Source: Pristiophorus japonicus (Eukaryota). Taken from it: DNA of 64,000 bases. The stretch lies in NCBI RefSeq assembly GCF_044704955.1, contig NC_091980.1:130200001-130264000 (forward strand). Reading direction: 5' to 3'. The notes under the pieces are model-generated. The model searched no databases. It was given only the letters and a program-made list of their open reading frames with translations, and was not told where the DNA came from. How positions within the stretch are numbered: the stretch's first letter is position 1; every line of letters begins with the position of its first letter. A program made the translations under genes and the position numbers. Below, piece after piece: positions 29,250 through 44,894 of the stretch.

Positions 29250-31200
29250 CATAAAAACTTAGGAGCAGTAGCAGCCCATTTGGACCTTTGAAGCCTGCAA
29301 TCCCATTCAATATGATCATAACTGATCCTTTAACAACACCATGCTTTTACCCCATAGCCCTTGATGCCTTTTGTATCAAGATATCTATCTCCTTCTTAAA
29401 TATATTCAGTGATTGGGCTCCACTGCCTTCTGTGGTAAACAGTTCCCCAGCTTCCCCATCCTCTGAGTGAAAACATTTTTTATCTCAGTGCTAAATTTCC
29501 TACCCCATATCCTGAGCCTGTGACACTTTTTATTCTCAACTTCCCGGCCAGGGGCAACTTCCTCCCCACATCCAGTCTATCCAATATGTTCCAAAAAGAT
29601 CCCCTTTCACTCTTCTAGTGAATACAGGCCTGGTCAACCCAATCTCTCACGATAATCTTTCCATCCAAGGAATCAGTCTGGTGGGACTTTGCTGCACTCT
29701 TTCTTGGTTAAGGAGACCCAAAACTGTGCATAATACACCAGGTGTAGTTTCACCAAGGCCCTGTATAATTGTAGTAAGACATCCTTGCTCCTGTACTGTG
29801 AACAATTGTAAATATTACATTTGGTTTCCTCCTCTCAATCTATTTATTTATATATATCTATATAAAGATATATATATATATGACTAGCTGGTGCCCAAGC
29901 ACTGAGCCCTGTTGTTTCTCACTAGTTACTGGCCACCACCCAGGAAAAGACCTGTTTATTCCTACTCTGTTTCCTATCAATTAACCAATATTCAATCCGT
30001 GCCAGTATATTACACCCAATCCTTTGAGCTTTAATTTTGCACACTAACCTCTTGTGGGATATTATCAAAGGCCTTCTGAAAATCCAAATACACTACATGC
30101 ACTGGTTGTCCCTTATCTAATCTCAGTTACATCCTCAAAAGAAACTCCAGTAGGTTTGTCAAACACTTTGATTTTCATGAATCCATATTGACTTTGTCTA
30201 ATCCCGTTGATATTTTCTAAGTGTCCCTTTATCACATTCTACTAATGTTCGGCTAAACAGGCGGTAGTTACCTCTTCTTTCTCCTTCCTTTTTAAAATAG
30301 TGGGATTAAATTTGCCACCCTCCAATCTGCAGCAACTGTTCCATAATCAGTAGAATTTTGGAAGATAATAACCAATGCATCCACTATTTCCATGGCTACC
30401 ACTTTTAGTACTCTGGGATGCAGATTATCAGGCCCTGGGGATTTATCAGCTTTCAATCGCATTTGTTTCTCCAGCACTGTTTTCTTACTAATAATCCTTC
30501 CCTTTACTTTCTCTTGCTCACGACCCTCGGATGTTATTTGTGTCCTCTTCTGTGAAGACAGAACTGAGGTATTTAATTGTTCTGCCATTTCCTTGTTCCC
30601 CATTATAAATTATCCCATTTGTGACTGAAAAGGACCTACATTTGTCTTCGCTAATCTTTTTCTTTTTACATACTGGGAGAAACTTTTACAGTCGGTTTAC
30701 ATGATCCTTGCAAGTTTAGTCTCATACACTTTCCCCCTCTTAAACAATCTCTTGGTCCTTTTTTGCTGAATTCTAAACTGCTCCCAATCCTCAGGATTGT
30801 TACTTTTTCTGGCAACTTTGTATAACTCCTCTTTGGATCTAATACTATCCTTAATTGCTTTTGTAAACCATGGTTGGGCCACTTTTCCTTTTGTGTTTTT
30901 GCAGCAGAAAGGAATGTATAACTGTTGCAATTCATGCATTCGTTCCTTAAATGTTAGCCATTGACTATCCACCATCATGCCTTTTAATGAATCTTCCCAA
31001 TCTGTCATAGCCATTCCTCATACCTTTGTAGTTTATTTTATTTAGATTTTAGACCTAGTTTTGGATTGGACAACTTCACTTTCAATCTTCATGAAGAATT
31101 CAATCATGTTATGATCATTCTTCCCGAAAGGACCCCGCACAAAAAGACGATTAATTAACTCCTTCTCATTGCATAATACCCAATCTACGACAGTTATTCA
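29250..31200 (-). mobile_element. CR1-type LINE ORF2 remnant (paralogue of 4980-6850)
   Basis: ORFs 30292-30603 and 30697-31014 with LKADKSPGPDNLHPRVLK, WRVANLIPLF. Confidence 0.85.
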
Positions 31201-31235
31201 GACATGTTGAAGACCTCATTTCAATTGTACTTATA

Positions 31236-31440
31236 TGTAATGACTCAAAAGTCTGGTTACTGTAAACTCACTCAGGTGCAACATCATCCATCTTTATTCC
31301 AGCCCAAGAGTGCCAGTGTGACAAAGACACCCAGCTTACATACAGGTGATCAAGCACACATGCCACATGTGTACAGCCCGACGACCTCCGACCGCGGCAC
31401 CCTCTGGTGTCTTGTGACCCCCACGCATTAATACATAAGA
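31236..31440 (-). mobile_element. Solo LTR (paralogue of 6889-7093)
   Basis: TGTAATGACTC...cataaga in the same context. Confidence 0.68.
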
Positions 31441-31782
31441 GAATATCTGGCAAATTCTATTCATGCATTTCAATCTAGCGTTGCAATGCTGCAATACAAC
31501 AGTTGAAAATGTTCACGTTTGTTCAGCCACATAAGGAAGTGGGACCACAGGTAAATGTTAATGTCTTAAAGGAGGCAGAGAGGTTTACATAATAACATGC
31601 TATGTCATTTGGCACCTCGAGCCTGTTCTGCCATTCAATAAAATCATGGCTGGTCTGAACTTGGTCTCAACACTTTCCTGCCTGTTCCCCATAACCCTTG
31701 ACTCCCCTATTGTTCCCCTATCTATCTCCACCTTAAATTCATTCAATGACCCTGCCTCCACACACACACACACACACTCACA

Positions 31783-32205
31783 CAGTACTGAGGGAGTGCC
31801 GCACTGTCGGAGGGGCAGTACTAAAGGAGTGCTGCAGTGTTGGAGAGGAAGTACTGAGGGAGCATTGTATTGTCAGAGGGGCAGTACTGACAGGGTTCTG
31901 CACTGTCAGAGGGGCAGTACTCAGGGATTGCTGCACTGTCGGAGGGACAGTACTGAGGGATTGCTGCACTGTCGGAGGTACCATCTTTCAGATGAGATGC
32001 GAGGCCGTCTGCTCTCTTAGGTGGACGTAAAAATTCTCAGGTTGCTATTTCGAAGAAGCGCAGGGGGTGTTCTCTCCGGTGTCCTTGATAATATTTATCC
32101 CGCAACCAAAACAGATTATCTGGTCATTAACATACTGCTGAACTTGATTGGTTGAGACACCCTGAGGCCATGAAAGGGCTATATAAATGGAATTCTTTCT
32201 TCTTT
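31783..32205 (+). mobile_element. 32-bp minisatellite running into a Deu-domain (SacSINE1/AmnSINE1-like) SINE body and 3' tail
   Basis: Repeat units 31783-31980, then tctttcagatgagatgcgaggccgtctgctctcttaggtggacgtaaaa...ccggtgtccttgataatatttatcc...gaaagggctatataaatg. Confidence 0.7.
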
Positions 32206-32602
32206 CTAAGAGGATAAACGTTCCCAAGGCTCCTTTAAGTTTAAGTTTAAGTTTCCTTTAACATCTTTTGTGAAGTTGCAATCTTTATTGGTTGTGCCTT
32301 TTGAAAAAGGGGCCCATGCTTGACTTTTAATTGACAATTGCCGCCGACAAAAAGAAGAGTCAGCCAAAGATGCTCATTCTTCAAAATTCATGACTGGCTC
32401 TGGGAGTCATGGCCCCTCCTCCCTTTACTTGATTGGTGCTCTGACAGAGGCTGCAATTTGTGATTGGGTATTGAGGAATGACACTCACAGCTAGACTGTC
32501 CCGCCCTGGATTATCCAGCAGTGTAAAGACAGGAGTTTGAAAATAGGTAACTCTCAGCTTCATGCTTCAACAAGGCTCAGATTTTTGGAAAAGCAAATTA
32601 GG

Positions 32603-35600
32603 ATGGCCTCTCAGAGCTACCACAAGGACTGTGAGGCTGCTGTCAACCAGCAGGTCAACATGGAGCTCAGTTCCTCCTATGTTTATCTCTCCATGGTGAG
32701 TCTTGTATTTCTGAGCACTTCACAATGCACCTGCTGCAATGTCAATTTACTAGATTCTGTGCTGTATCTGGCCCACCCTCACTTGATGCACAGTGAATTC
32801 ATTTGTTAAAGCTCTGCTATAATGGTTGGGAAGCAAATTTTCACTCGTGTGGTGGAAGTCTGGAACATATTCTCTCTCTCCTTGCTTCCCACATTCCACT
32901 CACCCAAGGCTGTGGCTGCCTGGGCAAGGTTTTTGTTGGCTAAGGGTATCAAGGGATTGGAACATCAGCAATAGGAGTAGGCCATTTGGCTGATCTCTCC
33001 CCTCAATTCCACCTTCCTGCACTATCCCCATGGGCCATAATTTCTTAAGTTTCAAAACATTTATTGACCTCTGTCTTGAATATACTCAATGACTGAGCAT
33101 CCACAGCCCTCTGGGGTAGAGAATTCCATAAATTCATCACCCTGTGAGTGAAGAAATTTCAACTGCTCTCAGTCTTTAATGGCCAACCCCTTATTCTCAG
33201 ACTTTGACCCCCCTGGTCCGAGATTTCCCCAGTTAGGGTAAACATTATTTCTGCATTAACCCTGCCAAGCCCCTTTAAGAATTTTGTTTAATTAGATTTG
33301 CATCTCATTCTACTAAATTCTAGAACATTGGCCTAGTCTACTCAATCTTTTCACATCGGGCTATCTCATCATTCCAGAAACCAGTCTCGTGAAACTTTGT
33401 TGTTCCACCTCTAATTCAAGTATGTCCTTCATTGGGTAAGGAGACCAGAACTGTACACAATACTTTGGTGACACACCGAATGCCCTGTATAATTATAGCT
33501 ACATTTTTACATAAACTCCAATCCCTTTAACAAAAGCTCACATACCATTTGCTTTCCTAATTACTTGCTGGATAAATAGAGTTAAGCTGCAGATCTGACT
33601 AAATTGAATGGTGGAACAGGTTTGAGGGGCTGAATGGCCTACTCTTGATCTCCTCGCTTTACTTACCAGTTTTTGCCCTTCTGTTTTTTTCTCGAACTCC
33701 CTTTTGCTTTATTGGTGGTAAAGCCTTCAGCCATTTCCCCCCTATTCGGTGGAGCTCTCCCTTAACCCCTCTGCTTCCCTGCCTTGACCTTCATTGGTGA
33801 CCTCCAACTGAAGGGTAGTATCTGGTTGTCTGCTGGAATGCCTTGATGTTTAGTTTTGAAGGTGCCAAATGAATGCTGATTAGTTTTGGTTCCACGGGAT
33901 GAATGTAGCCAGTTACACTTGGGCCAGATGTACTATGAATTGTGTGCTGTGACTAGATCTCTACTTTAAGGGCTTTGCTTCTCGTTCCAGTAGTGCCCAT
34001 TGCATAGCCTGTACAAAATGGATCTTGGTCAATAAACCATGATTGGAATGGTACTGTTAATAATCATTCACTAATTTCTAAACCTACACCTTGAGCATTG
34101 GGTGCCAAGATTAAGGTTATAGCTTTGAGCATGTTCTATCAAAGCTGAATTGATAACCATGGGATGATGCAGCAGTGAAGGAGGCCATCCGGCCCATTCT
34201 GCCAGTGCTGACTGTTGGGTGGAGCTATCCAACTCGTCCCACTCCCCTGCTCCATCCCATAGCCCTGCAAAATTGTCTATGTAGTTTTTTTTTAAGCTGT
34301 TGCCATTTAAATTACTTCCACCATCCTTTCAAGCACCCCATGCAGTTATTTAAAAAAAAAAGTTGTCTCTTGTTGCCTCTGGTCCATTTGCCAATCACCT
34401 TTTGATTTTCCATTATCCAGCTGCCCTATTGCTAGGGGATTATCCCCTCTCTACCACATTAGTGAAGTCAGTCGGCTGGTGCGAGCTTGTGTAACATTGT
34501 ACATGGAAATTCAGGGAGGCATTGTACCCTTTGAAAGAAGCAAAATTGAGTTTATGTACAATACGCACAATAATGGATCTGCCATGTGATACCCAACTAC
34601 TCTTCTGATCTCTCCATAGTCCTTCTACTTTGACCGGGATGATGTTGCCCTGCGTCACTTTGCTGAGTTCTTCAAGGAGCAGTCACATGAGGAACGTGAG
34701 CATGCTGAGAAACTGATGGAATTCCAGAATCGGCGTGGAGGCCGAATCATCTTGGCAGACATCAAGGTTTGGCTCAATAAACGAGGGCCCTTCTGTCTGG
34801 CTTCCCTTGGACTGATGGCTCCCACACATTCTAAAGCAGTTGGTTCCAAGTTACAGCACAGAAACTAGCCATTTGGACAAACTGGTCTATGCTGGTGATT
34901 AGGCTCCAGATGCCTCCCACCTTGCATTTATACAGCAACATATCCTTTGATTTATTTTTCCCTTGTCTACTTATTTAGCTCCCCATGCAATACATCTATT
35001 CTACTCACCTGATCAATTTGACTCCAGTGGTTGATGGCTTAATGCAGTAATTCTATATTCTAACACATAGGTTCATCGCATCCTTGACTTCTGATTGCAT
35101 TTTTTTCATCCCTAATTCCTTCAATACTTGTTTTTTTAATCCATTGTAAAGGAACTGTGACGTTCCTCTTCAGAAACCAGAGCAGGATGAGTGGACCAAT
35201 GGTCTGGAGATGAGGCAGAGAGCTCTGCAGATGGCGTAGAATGTGAACCAGAATCTGCTGGATCTGCATAAACACTCCACTGGGAGCACTGACCCTCATG
35301 TAAGTTCCTCATGTGGGGTTCTGGGTAAGTTGGAGGCGGTTGAACCTTGCTGTCCTTAAGCCTATTATAAAAATCTCTGCCCAATAGCTTCATGTTGGTG
35401 TGTATTTTTTTGGTGGGGGCAGTGGAGCAGTGGTAGGAAGGGACAGGAGGTTGGCCTACTGTGGACATTGACTAGTAAATGTGTGCCAGCAACTATCGTG
35501 CAGCAAGTTTAATCTAAATGATGCAGTAATTCCATTAAGTTCAATTGCACCACTTAACTAACCTCCAGTTCAAGAGGATTAAAATCCAAACTCTTGATGG

Positions 35601-35814
35601 ATAAGCTCTGATGTTCATTGATATCTGCTCCTGGTCACAACTAGTTTCCCTCTTCTGCAGTTGTGACTTCCTGGAGACCCACTACTTGGATGAACAACTG
35701 AAGATGATCAAGAAGCTTGGAGATCACATCACAAACCTGAAGAGACTGGGAGCCCCTGAAAATGGCCTGGGGAAGTACCTGTTTGATAAGCACATGCTAG
35801 GGATGAGCGGTTGA
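32603..35814 (+). pseudogene. Ferritin copy D (type 3), pseudogene
   Basis: Exons 32603-32695 (9-nt in-frame deletion, MASQSYHK), 34620-34766 (intact), 35174-35299 (TAG 35237; ferroxidase Glu103 changed to Ala), 35661-35814 (2-nt deletion at exon start, ttgtgac vs ttgtgtgac). Confidence 0.92.
32965..33570 (-). mobile_element. CR1-type LINE 3' fragment in intron 1 of copy D
   Basis: aataggagtaggccatt...ctctggggtagagaattcca...gagtgaagaaattt...ggagaccagaactgtacacaatac, matching the other CR1 3' ends. Confidence 0.7.
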
Positions 35815-36808
35815 ACTGACTGCCAGGAACAAGCTTATTGTGTTCAGTACGAGTGTTTATATAATTGTGTGTGAGACTCATTCCTGTAGAGAATGACAGC
35901 CTGTGACTTTATGCAGGCTGTGAGACTTGGCCTCGTGATGTGAAGTGTATATAAACTGTTCAATATGGGACTGGACTTTGTCTCATTGTAAATTTGAGTG
36001 AGTGGTTGCTTATTTTAAAATTTACGTCAGCCCAGAATTACACTGGGCTGTGTAACCACTTTATTGTTCCTCTTTCCTGCTGGTGTACATTTGACTTGTT
36101 GAGCAGCATCGTCAAGGTATTGTGTTGAAGATGTCATTCCAATTCTGTGTGTCCATTTAGAGTAAATTATTTGGTGCATTTCACTGATTGTTGCAATGCT
36201 GTAATCTAACAACTTGCATTGATGTAGTACCTGTAAATGTATGCTCTTTGGGAGTTGATGATTATGGGGAGCATGCAGCAAAGTGAAGTTGAGGCTAAGA
36301 TCAGATCAGTTGTGATCTTACTGAATAGTGCACTAAGCTCGAGGGCCCAAATGGCCAACTCCTGCTCCTATTTCTTAGGGAGGGAACTCTCGAGCAGGGG
36401 GCCAAGGCAGCTGAATACAAGTAACTGCTCCCACTAATGATGAATATTCTATCTACCTTTTGCATCAATGGCAACAATTTAACCCCTCAATACAACAAAA
36501 TGTCAGCTGCTGTAATGTTCAATGCATGGAGAGTTTTCCAGTCCATTAGTGTTTAACCATTTCATTCCAAACTAACACTCCCAGTTTAGGTATTTATTTA
36601 AAGTAAGCTACCAACACCACTCAGTTACTCCTGTAGACTACACTGCAGGTTGCTTACTCAACTGAACTCATCATTGCTGCTATTGACTTTCTGTTCCGCT
36701 TTGTGGGCAACGTAGCACAGAATGCTGATTTTGCCTCCCAATATCTGAGCTCATTAAGTGAGCCATGATATTATGGGGCAAGGGAAGTACAATTGGGTGA
36801 CTGGGAAA

Positions 36809-39700
36809 TGTTATGTGTTGTCCAGGTACATTAAATGTATAAGTACAATGGTGCATCACAGAAGGTGGTGTGGTGGGAGATGTGAAAGTACCTGCAAGAC
36901 AGAGTATAAAAGGCTACCCACCACACCTGAGGCATTCTGGAGTTACACAATAAAGGACTAAGGTCATAGCAGTTGTATCAACACCAGCCTGTGTGGAGTC
37001 AGTGATGTGTGTACTACATCCATTACAGTGACAACGAGGAAGTGGATGAACTCCATGCAACCATGGCTACTCTGGGCTCGCGAAAGGATTTTACCGTAGG
37101 CAATGATTGAGAGGCTTTTACCGAAAGGCTTGCGTACTACTTCACAGCAAATGACCTGACGGGGCACACAGATGCACTGAAATGCATAAGGCGATATTGC
37201 TTTCCAGTTGTGGCGATGAGGTTTACTGTCTCCTCAAGGATTTGCTGGCACCCGCGAGCGCCAAAGCCAAATCACATGAGGAGCTGGTCGCTCTCATTCG
37301 TGACCAGTTGAAACCAAAGGAGAGCATCCAGATACAAATTTTACTGCAGACCCGAGGGCCAGAATGTCACCAAATATGCTGCGGACCTCAGGAGACTCGC
37401 GGTGCCTTGTGATTTTGGCGCACACCTTGACTAGGCGTTGCGGGAAGTTTTTGTTCTAGGGATTGGCCATGAGTGCCTCCTTCACAAGTTCCTAGCCACG
37501 GAACCCAGAGTCACCCTGACAAAAGCCATCATCAGCCGGGCCGAAATTATCTCGACTTGCAGCACCAAGCAAATGATCCACACAGTCTCGAAACCGGCAG
37601 GCACTGTCAACAGGATAGCGCCCGCCACAGACAAAACTGCAGAACGTGGCTCTGCCCGGGCAGAGACCACGGACCTCACGGTCCTAGAACTCAGAGTCCT
37701 CTGAGGGGGGGCAATCAAGCAGCACCATGCTGGCGCTGCGGAGAAAACCATAGGGTTCACCGGTGCAGGTTTGCGGAGTATACGTGCAATACCTGCCACC
37801 TGAAAGGCCACCTTCAGCGTATGTGTAAAAGAAATCTGACTCATCATGTGGCTGAGGAGATGGTGGATGATCCACTGTTCAGCGAGGAGCAGGCAGAAGA
37901 AGATGAGGTGTTGGGACTGTACACGTGTAATGACGATTTGCCCCCAGTGATAATGGAAGTAAAAATTGACGGAGTCCCAGTGAGTATGGCAGTGGATATG
38001 GGATCGGGTCTGTCGTTGATGAGTCAGAGAACTTTTGAGAAACTGTGGGGTAACCCGGCTGCAAGACCCAAACTGGTCCCGACACGGCAAAGCAGCGTAC
38101 CTACACCAAGGAACTGATACCTGTTCTCGGCAGAGCGGATGTGCAGGTATCTCGGGGGGGCGAGGCGCACGGTTTACCTTTTGTGGGTCATTGCAGTAAT
38201 GGGCCGACGCTCCTCGGCAGAAGATGGATGGGAAAAGTCCGTGGGAAATGGGAAGACTTCATTCCTCCACAGACTACTGTTCCCTGGGTTCCCAACGAGC
38301 AGCGCCGACCGAGCTGGAGCTGCAACCTAAATCCACACACAGGCGACAGCAGCTCAGAACTCCTGACCTCAAGCAATTCTGCAGCCTCAGCCTCCACAGA
38401 TGAGCAGACCGTGGAACAGCAAGTTTGCAGGTGCGGGCCGATTGCTGGGGTGCTGGCCGGCGGGGCGCTGCGGGCGATGAGCGGGAGGTCCATCGAGGGC
38501 TGGCGGATCCGGGGGCCCACGCAGAGGAAAAGCCAGGCGACGGTAGCGGCTGCAATGGTGGCGGCCACAGGAGAGGTGGCCACGGCGGCCGCAGGAGGGG
38601 CGGCAAGTGCGGAGACAGCGGTAAGAGCGGAGGCTGCGGCGGCGGCTGGCATGACTCGGGAGAACGCGAGCCAGAGTGATGGATGCAGCAGCAAGTACAG
38701 AGGGACTCACAGGGACTGTGACTGATCGAGTCCAGGGAGCCACTTCTGCAAAGATGGGTTGCTCTGGGCTGTTTTTTTACCTTCCTTTCTTCCTTGTCCC
38801 TTCGCTCTTTCTTCGCCAGCGAGCTCAAGATGGTGGTGAGCCTCGTGGCAACGGAGCTCTGTAGACAAAGGCCAGCAGAACACCTCAGATGGCGGCGCTC
38901 AAGGGAAGCCTCGTGGGAGCCACAAGATGGCGTCCTAAAAGGGAAATGGACGTGGGAGTCTTAAAAGGGCCTTACACCATTGGCGGTCCCCACATAAAGA
39001 CTTTTGGAAGGCAAGAGTGAGTCTAAATGAGCTATGAGAATGTAGGATGACGTATTTATGATGAGAATTAAGATTTTAATGCTGAATGGTTACTGTGTTT
39101 AAAATAATGGATATGAATTACGGAAAGAGTTTTTACCTTGGGCAAAAAGGGGCTGTGTACTGCCACCATATCTCACCCAGAGGAGTTGGGATTAAATAAC
39201 TGTTTAGTGGACCTGCAACCTTTTGACATAACATCTGTACCACATATTATATGTACCATACAAATGTACCGTCTATGTTTACCTGCTTTCTGTTGGAGGT
39301 TATGCTCGTGTACCTTATCACCCAGGTAAGGACTGCAAATACCACATGCTTGCACCGGGTCCTCCACATGGGGGAGAAGAGGGAAGTGGATGGTCATGGA
39401 GTCACACTCAGAAATCAACCAGGACGAACAAGGCCAAGGTCACGGGCAATGGCTTTTGGAACTGGCGGGGGTAGTGAGATGTAATGTATTGTTCAGGTAC
39501 ATTAAATGTATAAGTACAATGGTGCACCACGGAGGGCGCTGTGGTGGGAGACCTAGGGGTACCTGCAAGACAGAGTATAAAAGGCTGTCCACCACACCTC
39601 AGCGGCACTCTGGAGTTACACAATAAAGGACTAAGGTCACAGCAGTTGTATCAACACCAGACTGTGTGGAGTCAGTGATTTGTGTGCTACATACACTACA
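36809..39700 (+). mobile_element. Non-autonomous LTR element (about 2.9 kb): two LTRs, gag with zinc knuckles, protease, no RT or integrase
   Basis: LTRs 36809-37027 and 39480-39700 (TGT...ACA); perfect TSD GGAAA (36804-36808, 39701-39705); degenerate PBS gtgacaacgag; PPT ggcgggggtagtgaga; CWRCGENHRVHRC and CNTCHLKGHLQRMC; protease VSMAVDMGSGLSL...PTLLGRRWM. Confidence 0.92.
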
Positions 39701-39934
39701 GGAAATCCCCCCTCAACTTCCCATTTACACAAACTAATTTTAGAAAATTAGTTCAGAACTGCAGTGAGTGCAATGAAATTGCTGTTGTGTCATTCCATGT
39801 ATTTGCATCACGAAGAAGTATCCAGTCACCATATATCGAATGGCAGTATCTGGTACTCACCGGGGTGGCCATTGAGTGTAACCATGTGATGTCCATCAAT
39901 TTGCTCGCAGCCCTTTGTGAGGACATTCACTGCA

Positions 39935-40535
39935 TAGAAATGTAGAAAATAGGTGCAGGAGCAGGCCATTTGGTCGTTTGAGCCTGCATCATCATTCAAT
40001 AAGATCATGACTGATCATTCACCTCAGTTCTCCTTTCCTGCTTTCTCTCCATATCCCTTGATCCCTTTAGCCATAAAGGCCATATCTAAGTCCTTCCTGA
40101 CTATATCCAAAGAGCTGGCATCAACCACTCTCTGTGGTAGTAAATTCCACAGGTTAACAATTCTCTGAAGAAGTTTCTACTCATCTAAGTCCTAAATGGC
40201 TTACCCCTTATCCTTCGACTATGTCCCCTGATGCAAGACTTCCCCAACATTGAGAACATTCTTCCTGCATCTAACCTGTCCAGTCCCGTCAGAACTTTAT
40301 ATGTTTCTGTGAGATCCCCCCTCATCCTTCTAAACTCCAGTGAATACAGGACTAGTCGATCCAGTCTCTCTTCATATGTCAGTCCTGCTATCGCGGGAAT
40401 CAGTCTGGTGAACCTTCGCTGCACTCCCTCAACAGCAAGAACATCCTTCCTCAGATTAGGAGACCAAAACAGAACACAATATTCCAGGTGAGACCTCACT
40501 AATGTCCTGTACAACTGCAGTAAGACCTCCCTGCT
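39935..40535 (-). mobile_element. CR1-type LINE 3' end
   Basis: ORF 40185-40661 EVLLQLYRTLVRSHLEYCVLFWSP...EGVQRRFTRLIP...LYSLEFRRMRGDL. Confidence 0.88.
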
Positions 40536-42236
40536 CCTTCGATCAATACAGGTGTAAATACACAGACACATGTTTGATTCAGGAGGGTCAACTGGGCTCA
40601 TTGTTGGCATCTCCCGCAAAAGGGCAGTGCCTGTGGTGTGATTGGTGGCTCTGGATCTCAATCACTGCCGCACTCTCTGCCCAATCTAAAGCAGAGTTTT
40701 GATCCAAGGGAACATCTCTCATCAGCTCATCCAGGACTGAACCACTTCTGCACTGAAACCAGATGACACGGCTTTGGATCTCCCAGAAACACCAACATGA
40801 AAGGCCAATGACCAGAGGGGAGAGATGAGGACGATTATTTTTACGCAGCGAGTTGTGGTGAACCGGGACACGCTGCCTGAAAGGGCAGAGGAATCAGATT
40901 CAACAGCAACTTTAAAGAGGGAATTGCATATATACTTGACAAAAGTTGCAGGGCTATGGGGACGGAGCTGAGAAGTGAGACTAATTAGACCGCTCTTTGA
41001 AAGAGCCTGCACAGGCACGTTGGCTGAATGTCCTCTTTCTGTGCTGATAGAATCTATGATGAGCCAGACAGTTAGAGCATATCTGAGCCTCATCATTTCA
41101 ATCAGATTTAAATATTCTTTTGCCTCACTGAAAGCCGACTGTAAAAGGACACGTCCAACACATCAAATTGAGGGGCAGGAAAAGACCAGCTGGTCCATCA
41201 AGCCTGCCCCAAAACACGGCGGAGCAAATCATAGAATCTTAGAATGGGTACAGCACAGAGGGAGGCCATTCGGCCCATCGAACCCGTGCCGGCTCTCTGC
41301 AAGAGCAGTTCAGCTTGTCCCACTCCCCCGCCCTTTCCCCGCAACCCTGCTGTTAATTTTTCCTTCAGGTACTTATCCAATTCCCTTTTGAAAGCCACAA
41401 TTGAGTCTACCTCCACCACCCTCTCGGGCATTGCATTCCAGATCCCAACCACTCGCTGCGTAAACATGTTGCCTTTGGTTCTTTTGCCAGTCACTTTAAA
41501 TCTGGTTCTCGACCCTTCCACCAATGGGAACAGTTACTGACTGTCGACTCTGTCCAGACACCTCATGATTTTGAATATCTCTATCAAATGGAGATGTGGG
41601 TGACAATGTGTTCAGTAATGTTCACTCCCTCTCATTCTCGCTCACTATATTGAATTTTACCAGGCATCATTCCATGAGAATAAAAATGACAGATCGTTGA
41701 TGCCCCCATGTAGCCAATCCTCAGACACATGCCCATTCTCTATATTCGAACTGGGGGCAGTTCACACCACCCACAGGATGGAATTCCCATTCCACTGGCC
41801 AATGCTTGGTTTGTAAATGCACCAAGACGACTTGATTGCTTTGAATATTGTCTCAGTGCCACAGAAACTTGCAAGTAACAAACTTCACCAGATTATGAAA
41901 AACCCCTTTGGCAAAAGTAGAAAATTATCATTTCATTCAAGTGAGAGTGTTAAACAACGGCACACTTTCAGATTTGAAGAGGTTCAAGGAACCCAAAGGC
42001 AGTGACAGCACTGAGACTGATCTCCCCAGACCCCTCCCCCAAACTCCCTCTCGTTTTTTAATTGGTGCCTGAATTCAGCGAAGATTCCTGATTGGCTCTC
42101 AGGGATTGTCAATCATCATTGGTGATGTCATACTCTGTTTGCATGCAGCCGTTCCAATCGTATAACTACAGGAGCTTGTGTCAGACATAGTGAGTTCTCG
42201 AACTGTGTAGGTGACAGTGAAATATAGATGGTGAAG

Positions 42237-44894
<2,658 letters not shown>

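Noticed and set aside
38141-38828. Long overlapping ORFs (168-194 aa) as a novel gene
   Set aside because: Inside an LTR element; high GC explains the lack of stops; low complexity apart from the protease tail.
42205-42230. CAGTGA in the leader of copy E as an IRE loop
   Set aside because: Flanks ggtga and aatat do not pair, there is no bulged C, and paralogues B and G read TAGTGA.
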